Shown here: one piece after another, positions 49,773-58,689 of the stretch
How positions within the stretch are numbered: the first letter of the stretch is position 1
Layout: the number at the start of each line of letters is the position of its first letter
Translations under genes and position numbers: made by a program
The notes under the pieces: generated by a model
Told to the model about the DNA's origin: nothing
Seen by the model: only the letters and a program-made list of their open reading frames with translations
Database searches by the model: none
Origin: a bacterium
GTDB taxonomy: Bacteria; Patescibacteriota; Minisyncoccia; Phycocordibacterales; Phycocordibacteraceae
Length of the DNA stretch: 64,000 bases
Assembly: GCA_023269085.1 (NCBI GenBank)
Contig: JAHFML010000002.1
Coordinates: forward strand, 1,266 to 65,265
Direction of reading: 5' to 3'

Positions 49773-50524
49773 AGCGCTTCAGGGTGCTTTTTACTCCACT
49801 CGTAGAAGACGACCGCGGCCGAGACGGCCGCGTTCAGCGACTCGGTGCGCGGATGCATCGGTATCGAGAGCGTCGTGTCGCAGTGTTCGAGCGTTTTCTC
49901 GCGGATGCCAGCGCCTTCGTTTCCGATGACAAAAGCCGTCGGCGTGTCGAAGGTCTCGGTGCCAAGATTCGTCGAGCCCGTCATTGCGAGACCGTAGATC
50001 CAGAAGCCACGCTCCTTGAGGAGGGCAATCGTCGCGTTCACATTGCCGATAGCGACAAGCGGGATACGGAAGGCCATGCCGGCCGAAGTCTTCACGACCG
50101 CGCCGGTGACGCCCGCTTGATTGTGTTCGGGGATGAGCACGCCCGAGACGCCGAAGGCCGCCGCCGAGCGAATGATTGCGCCGACGTTGTGCGGGTCCTG
50201 CACTTCACCCAAGATGACGAGTGCAGGATTCTTCGTGAGGTCGAGTCTCGCGAGCAGAGAGTCAAGCGAGATGAGCAGGACCGCAGGGTCCATCACTGCT
50301 ATGACGCCCTGATGCACCGCGTCGCGTCCCGCGAGTTCGCGGCCTTGGCTCGCACCGAGCTCTGCGGCCGGTATCGCATGCCTCTCTATGAGCGTGCGCA
50401 GATCAGCATCGCGTACCTCCGGCGCGAGGAAAACTTTGCGGATCACCTGCGGCGTGTTCTCGAGCGCTTCCATGAGCGCGTGCTTGCCGTAAATATAGAC
50501 TTTTTCTTTTACCTTCGCCTTCAT
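49769..50524 (-). CDS. rlmB: 23S rRNA G2251 2'-O-methyltransferase (TrmH family)
   Basis: YGKH...EAL, HQGV, DPHNVGAIIRSA, GNEG and SLNAAVS motifs. Confidence 0.88.
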   Translation of the reverse strand: MKAKVKEKVYIYGKHALMEALENTPQVIRKVFLAPEVRDADLRTLIERHAIPAAELGASQGRELAGRDAVHQGVIAVMDPAVLLISLDSLLARLDLTKNPALVILGEVQDPHNVGAIIRSAAAFGVSGVLIPEHNQAGVTGAVVKTSAGMAFRIPLVAIGNVNATIALLKERGFWIYGLAMTGSTNLGTETFDTPTAFVIGNEGAGIREKTLEHCDTTLSIPMHPRTESLNAAVSAAVVFYEWSKKHPEAL

Positions 50525-50546
50525 TATGAAAAGTTATAGCACAAAA

Positions 50547-51713
50547 TCACGCGCCGCGAGACAGGCTGTTCTTGAGTCGGGAGATCTGGCCGATGAGGAG
50601 CGTGTTGCCGGCGAGGATGATGATGAAGATGAGGATGAGCGACGATCCGCCGAGGAAGATGCCTCCCATGATAGCGACGAGCGCGGCGCCGAGCGTGGTC
50701 ACGATATTGTCCATTGCGACGCCGACGATAGCGTCGCCAATGCGGCCGTTCGGATGTACCGAGAAGTTGTGGACGATCATCATCTCTCCGAAACAGCCGA
50801 TGATGCCCGCGAGCACGCCCGTGATGACAAAGGGCAGGTGGGAGAGGTGCGAGAAGGCCTCCATACCAACGACCATCGCTTCAGCACCGAAGAGGATAGC
50901 GGCGCCCGAGAGGACGAGATCGAGCCAGATGCGCCACGTGCTCATCGCCGCATAGGCGCGCTCCTCGATGATTTCTTCGGCATCAAGTATTTCAGGCGCG
51001 TGACTGTGCCGGAAGAAATAGAGAACAGCAACACAGAGGAAGAAGAGTAGGACGCCGACCGGCATGACGAGCTGGTAGAGATCGCCTTCCATCGACACGA
51101 TATTGCTGTCGACTCGGCCGAAGAGCACCATGCTGATAGCCGCAAGAGCAGTGAGGAGCGTGAGGGCGATGAGCACCTCGACCGCGGCGTCCATCTCGCG
51201 CACGCTTGGCTTCGCCTTGTGCTCTGCGAGCGGGCGCACGATGCCGAAGGAGCGGACGCCGGGGAGCATGAGCACGTGCGTGTGGAGCCGATCCGCGAGA
51301 TTCTGCCGCCAGACGCACCACGTCGCGTGGAAGATGTTATAGATATTCGAGCCGAAGGTCGCGGCCGCGGCGAGGATAGCGAGGTCGATCGCGCGCGCGT
51401 AGTCGGTGCTCTTGAACTGGAGCGAGAGGATGGCGGCCACGACGCCGATGATCATGTCGGGGAAGGCCGTGCCGAAGGACTGGAGGAAGCCGCCGGCGAG
51501 GCCGGTTCGCTCCTTCAACACATCCGTCGTCTCTTCGATGATGCGTGTCGTCCCGATAAAGATGTAGCCGATGCCGACCGCGAAGATGCCGATTATGACG
51601 AGCATCTGCAGCCACCAGGGATCGGTGCCAGCGAGGAGCTGGTCAGCGACAACAAACTTCAACACGAGCCCGCCGGCGACGAACGAGAGAACTCTGAAGA
51701 ATGGGGAAGACAT
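50547..51713 (-). CDS. divergent Ca2+/cation antiporter (CaCA)-like membrane protein
   Basis: Alpha-repeat-like GTAFPD...GSNIYN; second repeat GCFGE...DNI. Confidence 0.6.
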   Translation of the reverse strand: MSSPFFRVLSFVAGGLVLKFVVADQLLAGTDPWWLQMLVIIGIFAVGIGYIFIGTTRIIEETTDVLKERTGLAGGFLQSFGTAFPDMIIGVVAAILSLQFKSTDYARAIDLAILAAAATFGSNIYNIFHATWCVWRQNLADRLHTHVLMLPGVRSFGIVRPLAEHKAKPSVREMDAAVEVLIALTLLTALAAISMVLFGRVDSNIVSMEGDLYQLVMPVGVLLFFLCVAVLYFFRHSHAPEILDAEEIIEERAYAAMSTWRIWLDLVLSGAAILFGAEAMVVGMEAFSHLSHLPFVITGVLAGIIGCFGEMMIVHNFSVHPNGRIGDAIVGVAMDNIVTTLGAALVAIMGGIFLGGSSLILIFIIILAGNTLLIGQISRLKNSLSRGA

Positions 51714-51714
51714 T

Positions 51715-51790
51715 TGGTGCGCGGTGAGGAACTCGAATCCCCGACCCTCTCAACGTCAATGAGATGCTCTACCAGCTGAGCTAACCGCGC
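51715..51790 (-). tRNA. tRNA-Val(GAC)
   Basis: tctca-ttGACgt-tgaga anticodon arm; encoded CCA. Confidence 0.93.
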
Positions 51791-51938
51791 AGTGCCAACA
51801 TTGTAGCAGAAACGAGAGAAAATAAAATAGGTGGTTGCGGATGATTGGCGATATGGTAGAATACAGGTGGCAGACAGATAGCGTGAGCGTTGTGCTCGCA
51901 CGTCGGCCTGCCGTCGCCCAAACATAGGAGAAAGAAAC

Positions 51939-52064
51939 ATGAGCGACAAGCAGAAAAAACCGACGACCGACGACAACGGCGTGAATTACGAGGAGGTGCT
52001 CGCTCGCTTCCTCGCAGCGAGTGCACGGTATTTTGCTTCTAAGTCCGGCGAACAAATCGCCTGA
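51939..52064 (+). CDS. 41-aa small protein MSDKQKKPTTDDNGVNYEEVLARFLAASARYFASKSGEQIA
   Basis: AGGAG SD, upstream TTGCGG/TAGAAT promoter, downstream U-tailed hairpin. Confidence 0.5.
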   Translation: MSDKQKKPTTDDNGVNYEEVLARFLAASARYFASKSGEQIA

Positions 52065-52108
52065 TTTCATGAAGCCCGGCGGCCCACGTGGCCGCTTTTT
52101 CTATTTTG

Positions 52109-52180
52109 TGACCCCACGGGGAATCGAACCCCGATTTACGCCGTGAAAGGGCGCTGTCCTAACCGTTAGACGATAGGGCC
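52109..52180 (-). tRNA. tRNA-Glu(TTC)
   Basis: gcgcc-ctTTCac-ggcgt anticodon arm. Confidence 0.92.
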
Positions 52181-52251
52181 CTGCCTGCCGACAGACAAGC
52201 GTTGCTTCAACCTTACCATTTTCGACATGAAATGCTAGGATAGGGGGACAC

Positions 52252-52338
52252 GGAGAGGTGGCAGAGTGGTCGAATGCACTGGTTTCGAAAACCAGCAGGG
52301 GCGAAAGCTCCTCGTGGGTTCAAATCCCACCCTCTCCG
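52252..52338 (+). tRNA. tRNA-Ser(CGA), integration target
   Basis: ctggt-ttCGAaa-accag anticodon arm, long variable arm. Confidence 0.93.
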
Positions 52339-53858
52339 CAGAAAGAAACTTCCGAATCCGAAAGGTGGGAAGAAGCCCGCGCCGAAGGCGCGGGAGTGGG
52401 CAAAAGATGCCGTCGCTCCGCGACGAATTGGGACGGGACGGGCGTGGCGAACTGGGCGGATTTGTCACGAACCAAGGGGTTCGTTCCGATTTTTTGGACG
52501 AACGATTTGATTTGGTACAAATCAGATGAGGGGGACAAAAAATTGGCTTGTTTCGTATCTAAAATCCATTCCCGCAAGGGTTCGACCCAATTATTTCTTC
52601 CGCGTTCAAAATCTTTCTCTTTTTGACGCAAAGCGGCGAGAGAGCGCATGAGCATATCTTTTCGCTTCAAGTAAATATCCTTTGGTACATCACCATCGAG
52701 ATACGTAGAAACCAGTTTTTCCATGCGCTCCTCGTTCGCTTTGATACTGTCGTAAAGATTTTGAACCTCGCTTTGCGACGCTCTAATTTCCTCACGCTCC
52801 CACACTTTCACTTTGTTCAACATCCAATCGGTATAGCGATCGCAAAGCGAAATTGTTTGAAGCCGTGCACAGAGTTGCCGTGCAAGCTCACTTTCTTGCA
52901 AATACGCTTGCGAACAGTGGCCGCGCTTTTTCGAGCACCGATAATACCGATAACGACCACCAGATTTTCCAGTTGCCCACTGCGCGGAAATCATCGAACC
53001 ACACTCGGCGCATCGAAAAAGACCAGTAAAAGGAAAATCATGCTTGATTTTCCTTTTACGCGGCCGTTCTTTCGTTTGCAATACTTTCTGCACGGCTTCA
53101 AACAATTGCGGAGAAATAATTGGCTCAAAGTTTCCATCAAACCATTCCTGTCCATGCTTCACAAAACCAAGATAGGCACGATGCGTAAGAAGCCGTTTGA
53201 TGGAAACTTTGGCAAGTGGCGTTTGGTTACGAGTCACCACGCCCAAGTCCGCCAAAAATTGAGCGAGCGAAATATAAGTGTGCGACCCCTTGGCGTATTC
53301 TTGAAAAGCTAGATTTACCACGCGAGCATTTGTCGGATGAGGCTCAATATTTCTCACCTTCGGATTATTGGTGTAGCCAAAGGGAGCTAAATTCAACCAT
53401 TCGCCTCGTCTCAATTTTTGGCGGACGCCACGCTTGATATTGTCAGATAGATTATCACTGTAATATTTCGATTGCCCAAACGCCACTTGCAACATAAAGA
53501 GCCCTTGCGGGGTTGGTTCAAACCAAAATGTCGGAAAGCGCAAAGACACAACCTTGTGAGTGTCTACGGCGTAAATAACTCGTCCACCGTCAATACTGTT
53601 ACGCGCGAGGCGGTCGGGATGCCACGCCAATATACCGACACCATCTAGTTTTTCAATTTTCGCGAACATTTCGCCGAACACCTCGCGCCCCGGTGTCTTT
53701 GCGCTTTTCGACTCTTGAAATTCCTCAAGAATTTCAAGATTTTCTTTACGCGCCAATTCTCGCAGTTCAAAAAGCTGTGCCTCAATGGACATCACTTGTC
53801 GGTCATCATCCTCGGTACTCTTACGCGCGTATAGAAAATATTTTGGTTTGATATTCAT
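52320..53858 (-). CDS. large serine recombinase (resolvase, recombinase, Zn-ribbon, coiled coil)
   Basis: YARKST, DRLARN, APFGY, CAECG...YYRC; start MNIKPKY; 3' end runs into the tRNA. Confidence 0.93.
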   Translation of the reverse strand: MNIKPKYFLYARKSTEDDDRQVMSIEAQLFELRELARKENLEILEEFQESKSAKTPGREVFGEMFAKIEKLDGVGILAWHPDRLARNSIDGGRVIYAVDTHKVVSLRFPTFWFEPTPQGLFMLQVAFGQSKYYSDNLSDNIKRGVRQKLRRGEWLNLAPFGYTNNPKVRNIEPHPTNARVVNLAFQEYAKGSHTYISLAQFLADLGVVTRNQTPLAKVSIKRLLTHRAYLGFVKHGQEWFDGNFEPIISPQLFEAVQKVLQTKERPRKRKIKHDFPFTGLFRCAECGSMISAQWATGKSGGRYRYYRCSKKRGHCSQAYLQESELARQLCARLQTISLCDRYTDWMLNKVKVWEREEIRASQSEVQNLYDSIKANEERMEKLVSTYLDGDVPKDIYLKRKDMLMRSLAALRQKEKDFERGRNNWVEPLREWILDTKQANFLSPSSDLYQIKSFVQKIGTNPLVRDKSAQFATPVPSQFVAERRHLLPTPAPSARASSHLSDSEVSFCGEGGI

Positions 53859-54013
53859 ATTGCTTTTAGATACGAAACAAGAGACAAATCCGCCCAGTTC
53901 GCCACGCCCGTCCCGTCCCAATTCGTCGCGGAGCGACGGCATCTTTTGCCCACTCCCGCGCCTTCGGCGCGGGCTTCTTCCCACCTTTCGGATTCGGAAG
54001 TTTCTTTCTGCGG
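52336..54013. repeat. 131-bp exact inverted repeat (52336-52466 / 53883-54013) plus an 18-bp inverted match (52547-52564 / 53864-53881)
   Basis: Base-by-base reverse complement. Confidence 0.93.
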
Positions 54014-54347
54014 TGATGTATTAACCTTTGCGCGAACCCACTTCGCACGCGCGGAGCGCGTGGTGGCTTGAAACTGCACTGTACGCTCCGATTGCGTGGC
54101 GATGCGAACCAATGCGCCTCGGACACGCTCGCGGACTCGCGTGTGCAAAAACCAAAAAATTTCCTTGCATTTTCCTCGCGTCTCCTCCCCCCACCCCTCC
54201 ACCGCGAAGCGGAAAAAGAAATGGAAAGGAAATTTTTGGTTTTGCTTCGCCGTTAGCAATTGAAAAAATCCATAAATAATGCTATCCTTGTTTTGTGAGC
54301 AAAGAAAGTAACGACTCATATTTCTATACTATCAAAAGTAGCATACT

Positions 54348-54545
54348 ATGGCAACTATATCACAGAACATAAAGCGTATCCGTACAAAACAAGGATTAAC
54401 GCAGGACGACTTGGCGAAGAAAGCGGACATTAAGTATTCTACTCTCACAAAAATTGAGGGTGGTGTCGTTACAAAACCAAGCGTTCAGACAATTCAAAAA
54501 ATCGCCAAGTCGTTAGGCGTTCCAATGGAGGAATTAGTAAAATAA
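54348..54545 (+). CDS. XRE-family HTH regulator
   Basis: NIKRIR...GLTQDDLA......STL.KIE.G....P....I.KIA..LGV. Confidence 0.9.
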   Translation: MATISQNIKRIRTKQGLTQDDLAKKADIKYSTLTKIEGGVVTKPSVQTIQKIAKSLGVPMEELVK

Positions 54546-54555
54546 ATTTACAAAT

Positions 54556-55041
54556 ATGGAAAATAAAAACAATACACCTGTTGAGATTGACGAGGTTAAG
54601 CTACAGGAAACTATCGCACGAGTTATAAAAGGCGAGGGTAGTGAGGAGGATATAAAATTTGTAAAAGACATCGAAGAACTCATAGGCGAACCAGTCATAG
54701 GAGAAAAATCGCGTATGCTCGCAGAAAAAATTAAAGCCAACAAAAATGCTTTGGCTCAAATTGTGGTAGAGAAAGATATTAAGTTGGAAAAGCTAGAAAA
54801 AGAAACAGCAGCTAAGTTGGCAGAAAATGACGCTGATTACGAGCGTAAATTGAAAGATTTGAATGTTTTGCAGTTTGATACAGAACAAAAAGCGAGAGCA
54901 AGGCAAACCAAAATGAGGCTGATTTGGGGAATTGTCGCTTTATGTGCAGTGACTTTTGTTACCAAAATTTTTGGCATAGGCATAGGATTATTTGTTTTAG
55001 GAATTTTTGCAGTCATTTTTTACGCCTTCAAGAACAGATAA
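54556..55041 (+). CDS. coiled-coil protein with two C-terminal TM helices
   Basis: Charged helix followed by a hydrophobic hairpin; AT-rich. Confidence 0.65.
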   Translation: MENKNNTPVEIDEVKLQETIARVIKGEGSEEDIKFVKDIEELIGEPVIGEKSRMLAEKIKANKNALAQIVVEKDIKLEKLEKETAAKLAENDADYERKLKDLNVLQFDTEQKARARQTKMRLIWGIVALCAVTFVTKIFGIGIGLFVLGIFAVIFYAFKNR

Positions 55042-55044
55042 GGA

Positions 55045-55680
55045 ATGAAAACAAAAGCCATTTTTAGGAAGGCTCAAAAGGCGTTAGATGAAGAACGTAT
55101 AAAAGAAAAGGAGCTGAAAGATATAATCGGCTTTTGTTTTGATTCCGATCAAGAGTCAGAAAATTTTGTCCGGAAATGTTTGAAGAAAAACAAAACCAGA
55201 TGGATGTTGAATAGACTGCAATGGTTCGTTGAGTTAGCAGATTTTCAGAAATACGATAGCGTAAAAACTTTTTTCTTAATTGCTATTGCGGAAACAAATA
55301 TAAAGCTGTTTGAAAATCGATTCAAGGATAATTCAAATGAAGTGGCGGATGTTAAAAAGTTTTTTGCTCGATTTTCAAAACAAGATAAAGATGAATTACG
55401 ACGATATTTTTTCAAAACAGATAAGTTTTTAAATAAAAAATCTTTCAAATTTGATAAAGTTGTTGATATTTTACTTAATGTTCGCCACAGAGTTGTTCAT
55501 GGTAAAAATCATTACGATTTCAGATTCCATGACGGAAGCGATACTTTGATGAATATCATTTTTGGTGAAATAGGTACAAAAAATAAAAAGAGAAGAATTA
55601 GATATGAACTCGAAATCACATATAAGAATTTCAGGGAAATGATGATAAAAAATGCGATTGAAAATTTAAAAACAGCGTAA
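55045..55680 (+). CDS. putative HEPN-domain protein
   Basis: IAIAE upstream helix and RHRVVH (Rx4H) motif; very AT-rich. Confidence 0.55.
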   Translation: MKTKAIFRKAQKALDEERIKEKELKDIIGFCFDSDQESENFVRKCLKKNKTRWMLNRLQWFVELADFQKYDSVKTFFLIAIAETNIKLFENRFKDNSNEVADVKKFFARFSKQDKDELRRYFFKTDKFLNKKSFKFDKVVDILLNVRHRVVHGKNHYDFRFHDGSDTLMNIIFGEIGTKNKKRRIRYELEITYKNFREMMIKNAIENLKTA

Positions 55681-56341
55681 GGTTTAGTAAGGGAGCAACC
55701 CTCGCCGTTTTATAATTTCTTCTAAAAACAGCGGGGTTGTTGTGCGCGCATTGGGTGGGTGGGGCAAGCACATATAGATTTGCTTGTGCCTTAGCACAAT
55801 TCATAATTCTTTGAGATACCACCAAACTCTCTCGGAGCCACAGAGCGAACACACGCAACGCCGAAGCAGCCAGCGCGAGCTTGCGAGCGGGCTATGCGTA
55901 GGCGTTTGTGTGTGGTTGTGTTACCACTAAACGCGGATACGAGAGCGCCTCGGTCGCCGTGAGGGCGGAGAAAAGAGCAACCAAAAGTGATAAACTAATA
56001 GTGCTCTTTTCGGAGACTGAAACGGCGAAGCAAAACCAAAAATTTCCTTTCCATTTCTTTTTCCGCTTCGCGGTGGAGGGGTGGGGGGAGGAGACGCGAG
56101 GAAAATGCAAGGAAATTTTTTGGTTTTTGCACACGCGAGTCCGCGAGCGTGTCCGAGGCGCATTGGTTCGCATCGCCACGCAATCGGAGCGTACAGTGCA
56201 GTTTCAAGCCACCACGCGCTCCGCGCGTGCGAAGTGGGTTCGCGCAAAGGTTAATACATCACCGCTTGAGTCTGCGAAAGCGGAAGGAGCGATGTGCCTG
56301 CGCACATCGCTCACCCCGCTAGTGATATACTAGAAACTATC

Positions 56342-56959
56342 ATGTCGGTCGAGACGCTCACGCAGCTGATACTGCAATATCGCTACTGGATTCTCGTCCC
56401 ACTCTCGCTCGCCGAGGGGCCGGTAGTCGCCTTCGTCGCGGGGACGCTCGCCTCGGTCGGCCTCTTCGATATTTATTTCCTTGCGGTTTTCTTTTTCATG
56501 CGCGACATGGGGCTCGATGGCGTCTACTATGCCGCGGGCTACTTCGGCGGCCGCACCAAGTTTGCCGAGCGGATGCTCACAAAAATCGGTATCACCGACG
56601 ACCATCTCGAGCGCGTGCGGACGCTCTGGGACAAGCGACCGGGCATGACGATGCTCATCGGCAAGCTCTCTTATGGCATCGCCTCGGCCTTCATTGTCGT
56701 GGCGGGGATGATACGCATGCCGCTCCGCGACTTCTTCGGCTATGGGGCGCTCGTCGCGGTGCTCGAGTATGGCTCGCTCCTCTTCGCGGGCTACTTCCTC
56801 GGCGCCTCATTCGGCGGGAGTGCGGCGAATGTTATCAACAACGCGCAATACGCCATCGGCATCGCGGCGATTATTATCTCAATCTACTACCTCGTGAGCT
56901 GGCGCGTCCGTGGCGAATTCTTAAAAGAAGATAAAGAGATTGAGGAGACGCCGGTATGA
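56342..56959 (+). CDS. DedA/VTT family membrane protein
   Basis: EGP......G, D...Y..G, AG..RMP...F motifs. Confidence 0.8.
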   Translation: MSVETLTQLILQYRYWILVPLSLAEGPVVAFVAGTLASVGLFDIYFLAVFFFMRDMGLDGVYYAAGYFGGRTKFAERMLTKIGITDDHLERVRTLWDKRPGMTMLIGKLSYGIASAFIVVAGMIRMPLRDFFGYGALVAVLEYGSLLFAGYFLGASFGGSAANVINNAQYAIGIAAIIISIYYLVSWRVRGEFLKEDKEIEETPV

Positions 56960-57963
56960 AGAGGCTGCTCATCGTGACCGACGCGTGGGAGCCGCAGGTG
57001 AACGGCGTCGTGCGCGTTGTCCAAGCGCTCTTGCCAGAGCTTGCCGCACGCGGCTATGAGGTCAGCATCATCGAGCCGAGCCAATTCAGGAGAGTGGCGA
57101 TGCCTTTTTACCCCGAGATACCGCTCGCGCTCTTCGCGCGTCGCCGGGTCGCGCGCATGATTAGCGAGATACAACCTGATGCTGTCTGCCTCATGACCGA
57201 GGGGCCTTTGGGCTGGGCCGCGCGCGCGGCATGCCGCGCGCGCGGCATCCCCTTCGCCTCGTGGTACCACAGCCACTTCCAGCTCTATGTTGATGTGCGT
57301 TTGCGCGGGCTCTTGCGCCCGGCGCAGGCATTCATCCGCCATTTCCATAGCGCGGCGGCACACACTATCGTCTCGACCGAGAGCTTGAAGCAAGTGCTCG
57401 AAGCGGACGGTTTCAAGAATCTCGTCGTCGTGCCGCTCGGCGTCGACATCGAGCTCTTCACGCGCAATCCGAATCCGCCATTGCCGCCACTACCGTCGCC
57501 CGTCTTCGTCTACTTCGGCCGCTTAGCACCCGAGAAGAATGTCGAAGAATTCTTACAGCTCGCCTTACCGGGCACGAAGCTCGTCATCGGCGATGGCCCT
57601 TTACGAAAAAAATTAGAAGAAAAATATGGCGGCACGCATAAGTTTGTTGGCTATAAACGAGGAGTCGAGCTTGTCGACTGGCTCTCACTCGCGGACGTGT
57701 TCGTCTTCCCCTCGCTGACCGAGACCTTCGGCCTCGTGGTTGTCGAAGCTCTTGCGTGCGGCCTCGCGGTCGCGGCGCACGATGTCATGGGCCCGCGCGA
57801 CATCATTGAGCAAGGCGTTGACGGCTATCTCTCCGACGACCTCCAGAGCGCCGCGCTTCAGTGTCTCGACCTCTCGCGCGCGGCCTGTCGCAAAAAGGCG
57901 GAGCAATATAGTTGGTCGCACTCGGCCGATGAGTTTATCAAGATACTCACCAAACTAGCCTAG
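56956..57963 (+). CDS. GT4 glycosyltransferase
   Basis: TDAW.PQVNGV, GRLA.EKN and ETFGLV.VEA motifs. Confidence 0.9.
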   Translation: MKRLLIVTDAWEPQVNGVVRVVQALLPELAARGYEVSIIEPSQFRRVAMPFYPEIPLALFARRRVARMISEIQPDAVCLMTEGPLGWAARAACRARGIPFASWYHSHFQLYVDVRLRGLLRPAQAFIRHFHSAAAHTIVSTESLKQVLEADGFKNLVVVPLGVDIELFTRNPNPPLPPLPSPVFVYFGRLAPEKNVEEFLQLALPGTKLVIGDGPLRKKLEEKYGGTHKFVGYKRGVELVDWLSLADVFVFPSLTETFGLVVVEALACGLAVAAHDVMGPRDIIEQGVDGYLSDDLQSAALQCLDLSRAACRKKAEQYSWSHSADEFIKILTKLA

Positions 57964-58679
57964 CGGATCACCTCCCAGTTGATCTTCTCGAGGATGCCCT
58001 CGGGTAGGATGAACATCGTAATACCGTGATAGAGATTGATAAAGAACATGCCGAAGTAACCTTTTTGCACGAATCGCCTATCTGACGAGCGCACGCTCTT
58101 GGTTGGTATGAAGAAGTGTTTGGCGTCCAGCTTCGCGAGGTCTCGCCCGTATTGGATATCTTCTCCCGAGACGAGATTCTCGTCGTAGATAACTTGCATC
58201 GCAAAGTCCTTTCGTACGATATGGATAGTGAAGAGCACTTTGAAAAGTCGGTAGAAAAAATTGTTGAAACGAGACCAGAATCGCGCCTTGATGCTGTCGT
58301 TGTCCAAATTGACGGTCGTCGTGCCATAGCCGGCCTCTGGATGCGTGTCGAGATAGATGCTCACTTCGCGCAAGAGGCTCTTCTCGACAAACACGTCGCA
58401 GTCCATGAAGATATACCATTCGGTGGCAGGAGAACATTTCGTGAAGCCGAAGTTCCGTGCTCGCGAAACGCCTTTTTGTGGAGCGATATATACGGTAAGA
58501 TTTTCGGACTCGTGGAGTTTTGCTTTTTCGTATGTCGCGTCGGTCGAGCCATTCTCCACGACGATTATCTCGTAGCGATCCCTAGGGTAGTCAAGTTCTT
58601 GGATCAGACGCAATGTCCGGTCAATGACAAGCTCTTCGTTGTGTGCAGGAATAACAATCGAGAAGAAACGATGCGACAT
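57960..58679 (-). CDS. GT2 glycosyltransferase
   Basis: SIVIPAHNEE, GSTD, ARN.G, DCD, GED and S.RR motifs. Confidence 0.88.
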   Translation of the reverse strand: MSHRFFSIVIPAHNEELVIDRTLRLIQELDYPRDRYEIIVVENGSTDATYEKAKLHESENLTVYIAPQKGVSRARNFGFTKCSPATEWYIFMDCDVFVEKSLLREVSIYLDTHPEAGYGTTTVNLDNDSIKARFWSRFNNFFYRLFKVLFTIHIVRKDFAMQVIYDENLVSGEDIQYGRDLAKLDAKHFFIPTKSVRSSDRRFVQKGYFGMFFINLYHGITMFILPEGILEKINWEVIR

Positions 58680-58689
58680 ACCGAGTAGA

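Larger units (their letters stand above)
52336..56265. mobile_element. serine-recombinase genomic island at the tRNA-Ser 3' end; CCGC cores at 52336 (attL), 54010 (inverted attP) and 56262 (attR)
   Basis: Recombinase gene, low-GC cargo, exact arm sharing among the three junctions. Confidence 0.85.
54010..56265. repeat. 245-bp exact inverted repeat (54010-54254 / 56021-56265)
   Basis: Reverse-complement identity; mirrored ORFs in the track. Confidence 0.93.

Noticed and set aside
52336-56265. DGR template/variable repeat pair, or IS terminal repeats
   Set aside because: The repeats are exact and inverted with no adenine-specific differences. There is no reverse transcriptase or transposase, and the junctions follow att logic.
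53855-56333. Mirrored ORFs in the island arms (MREPTSH..., MKLHCT...)
   Set aside because: By-products of the inverted repeats and hairpin-rich DNA.
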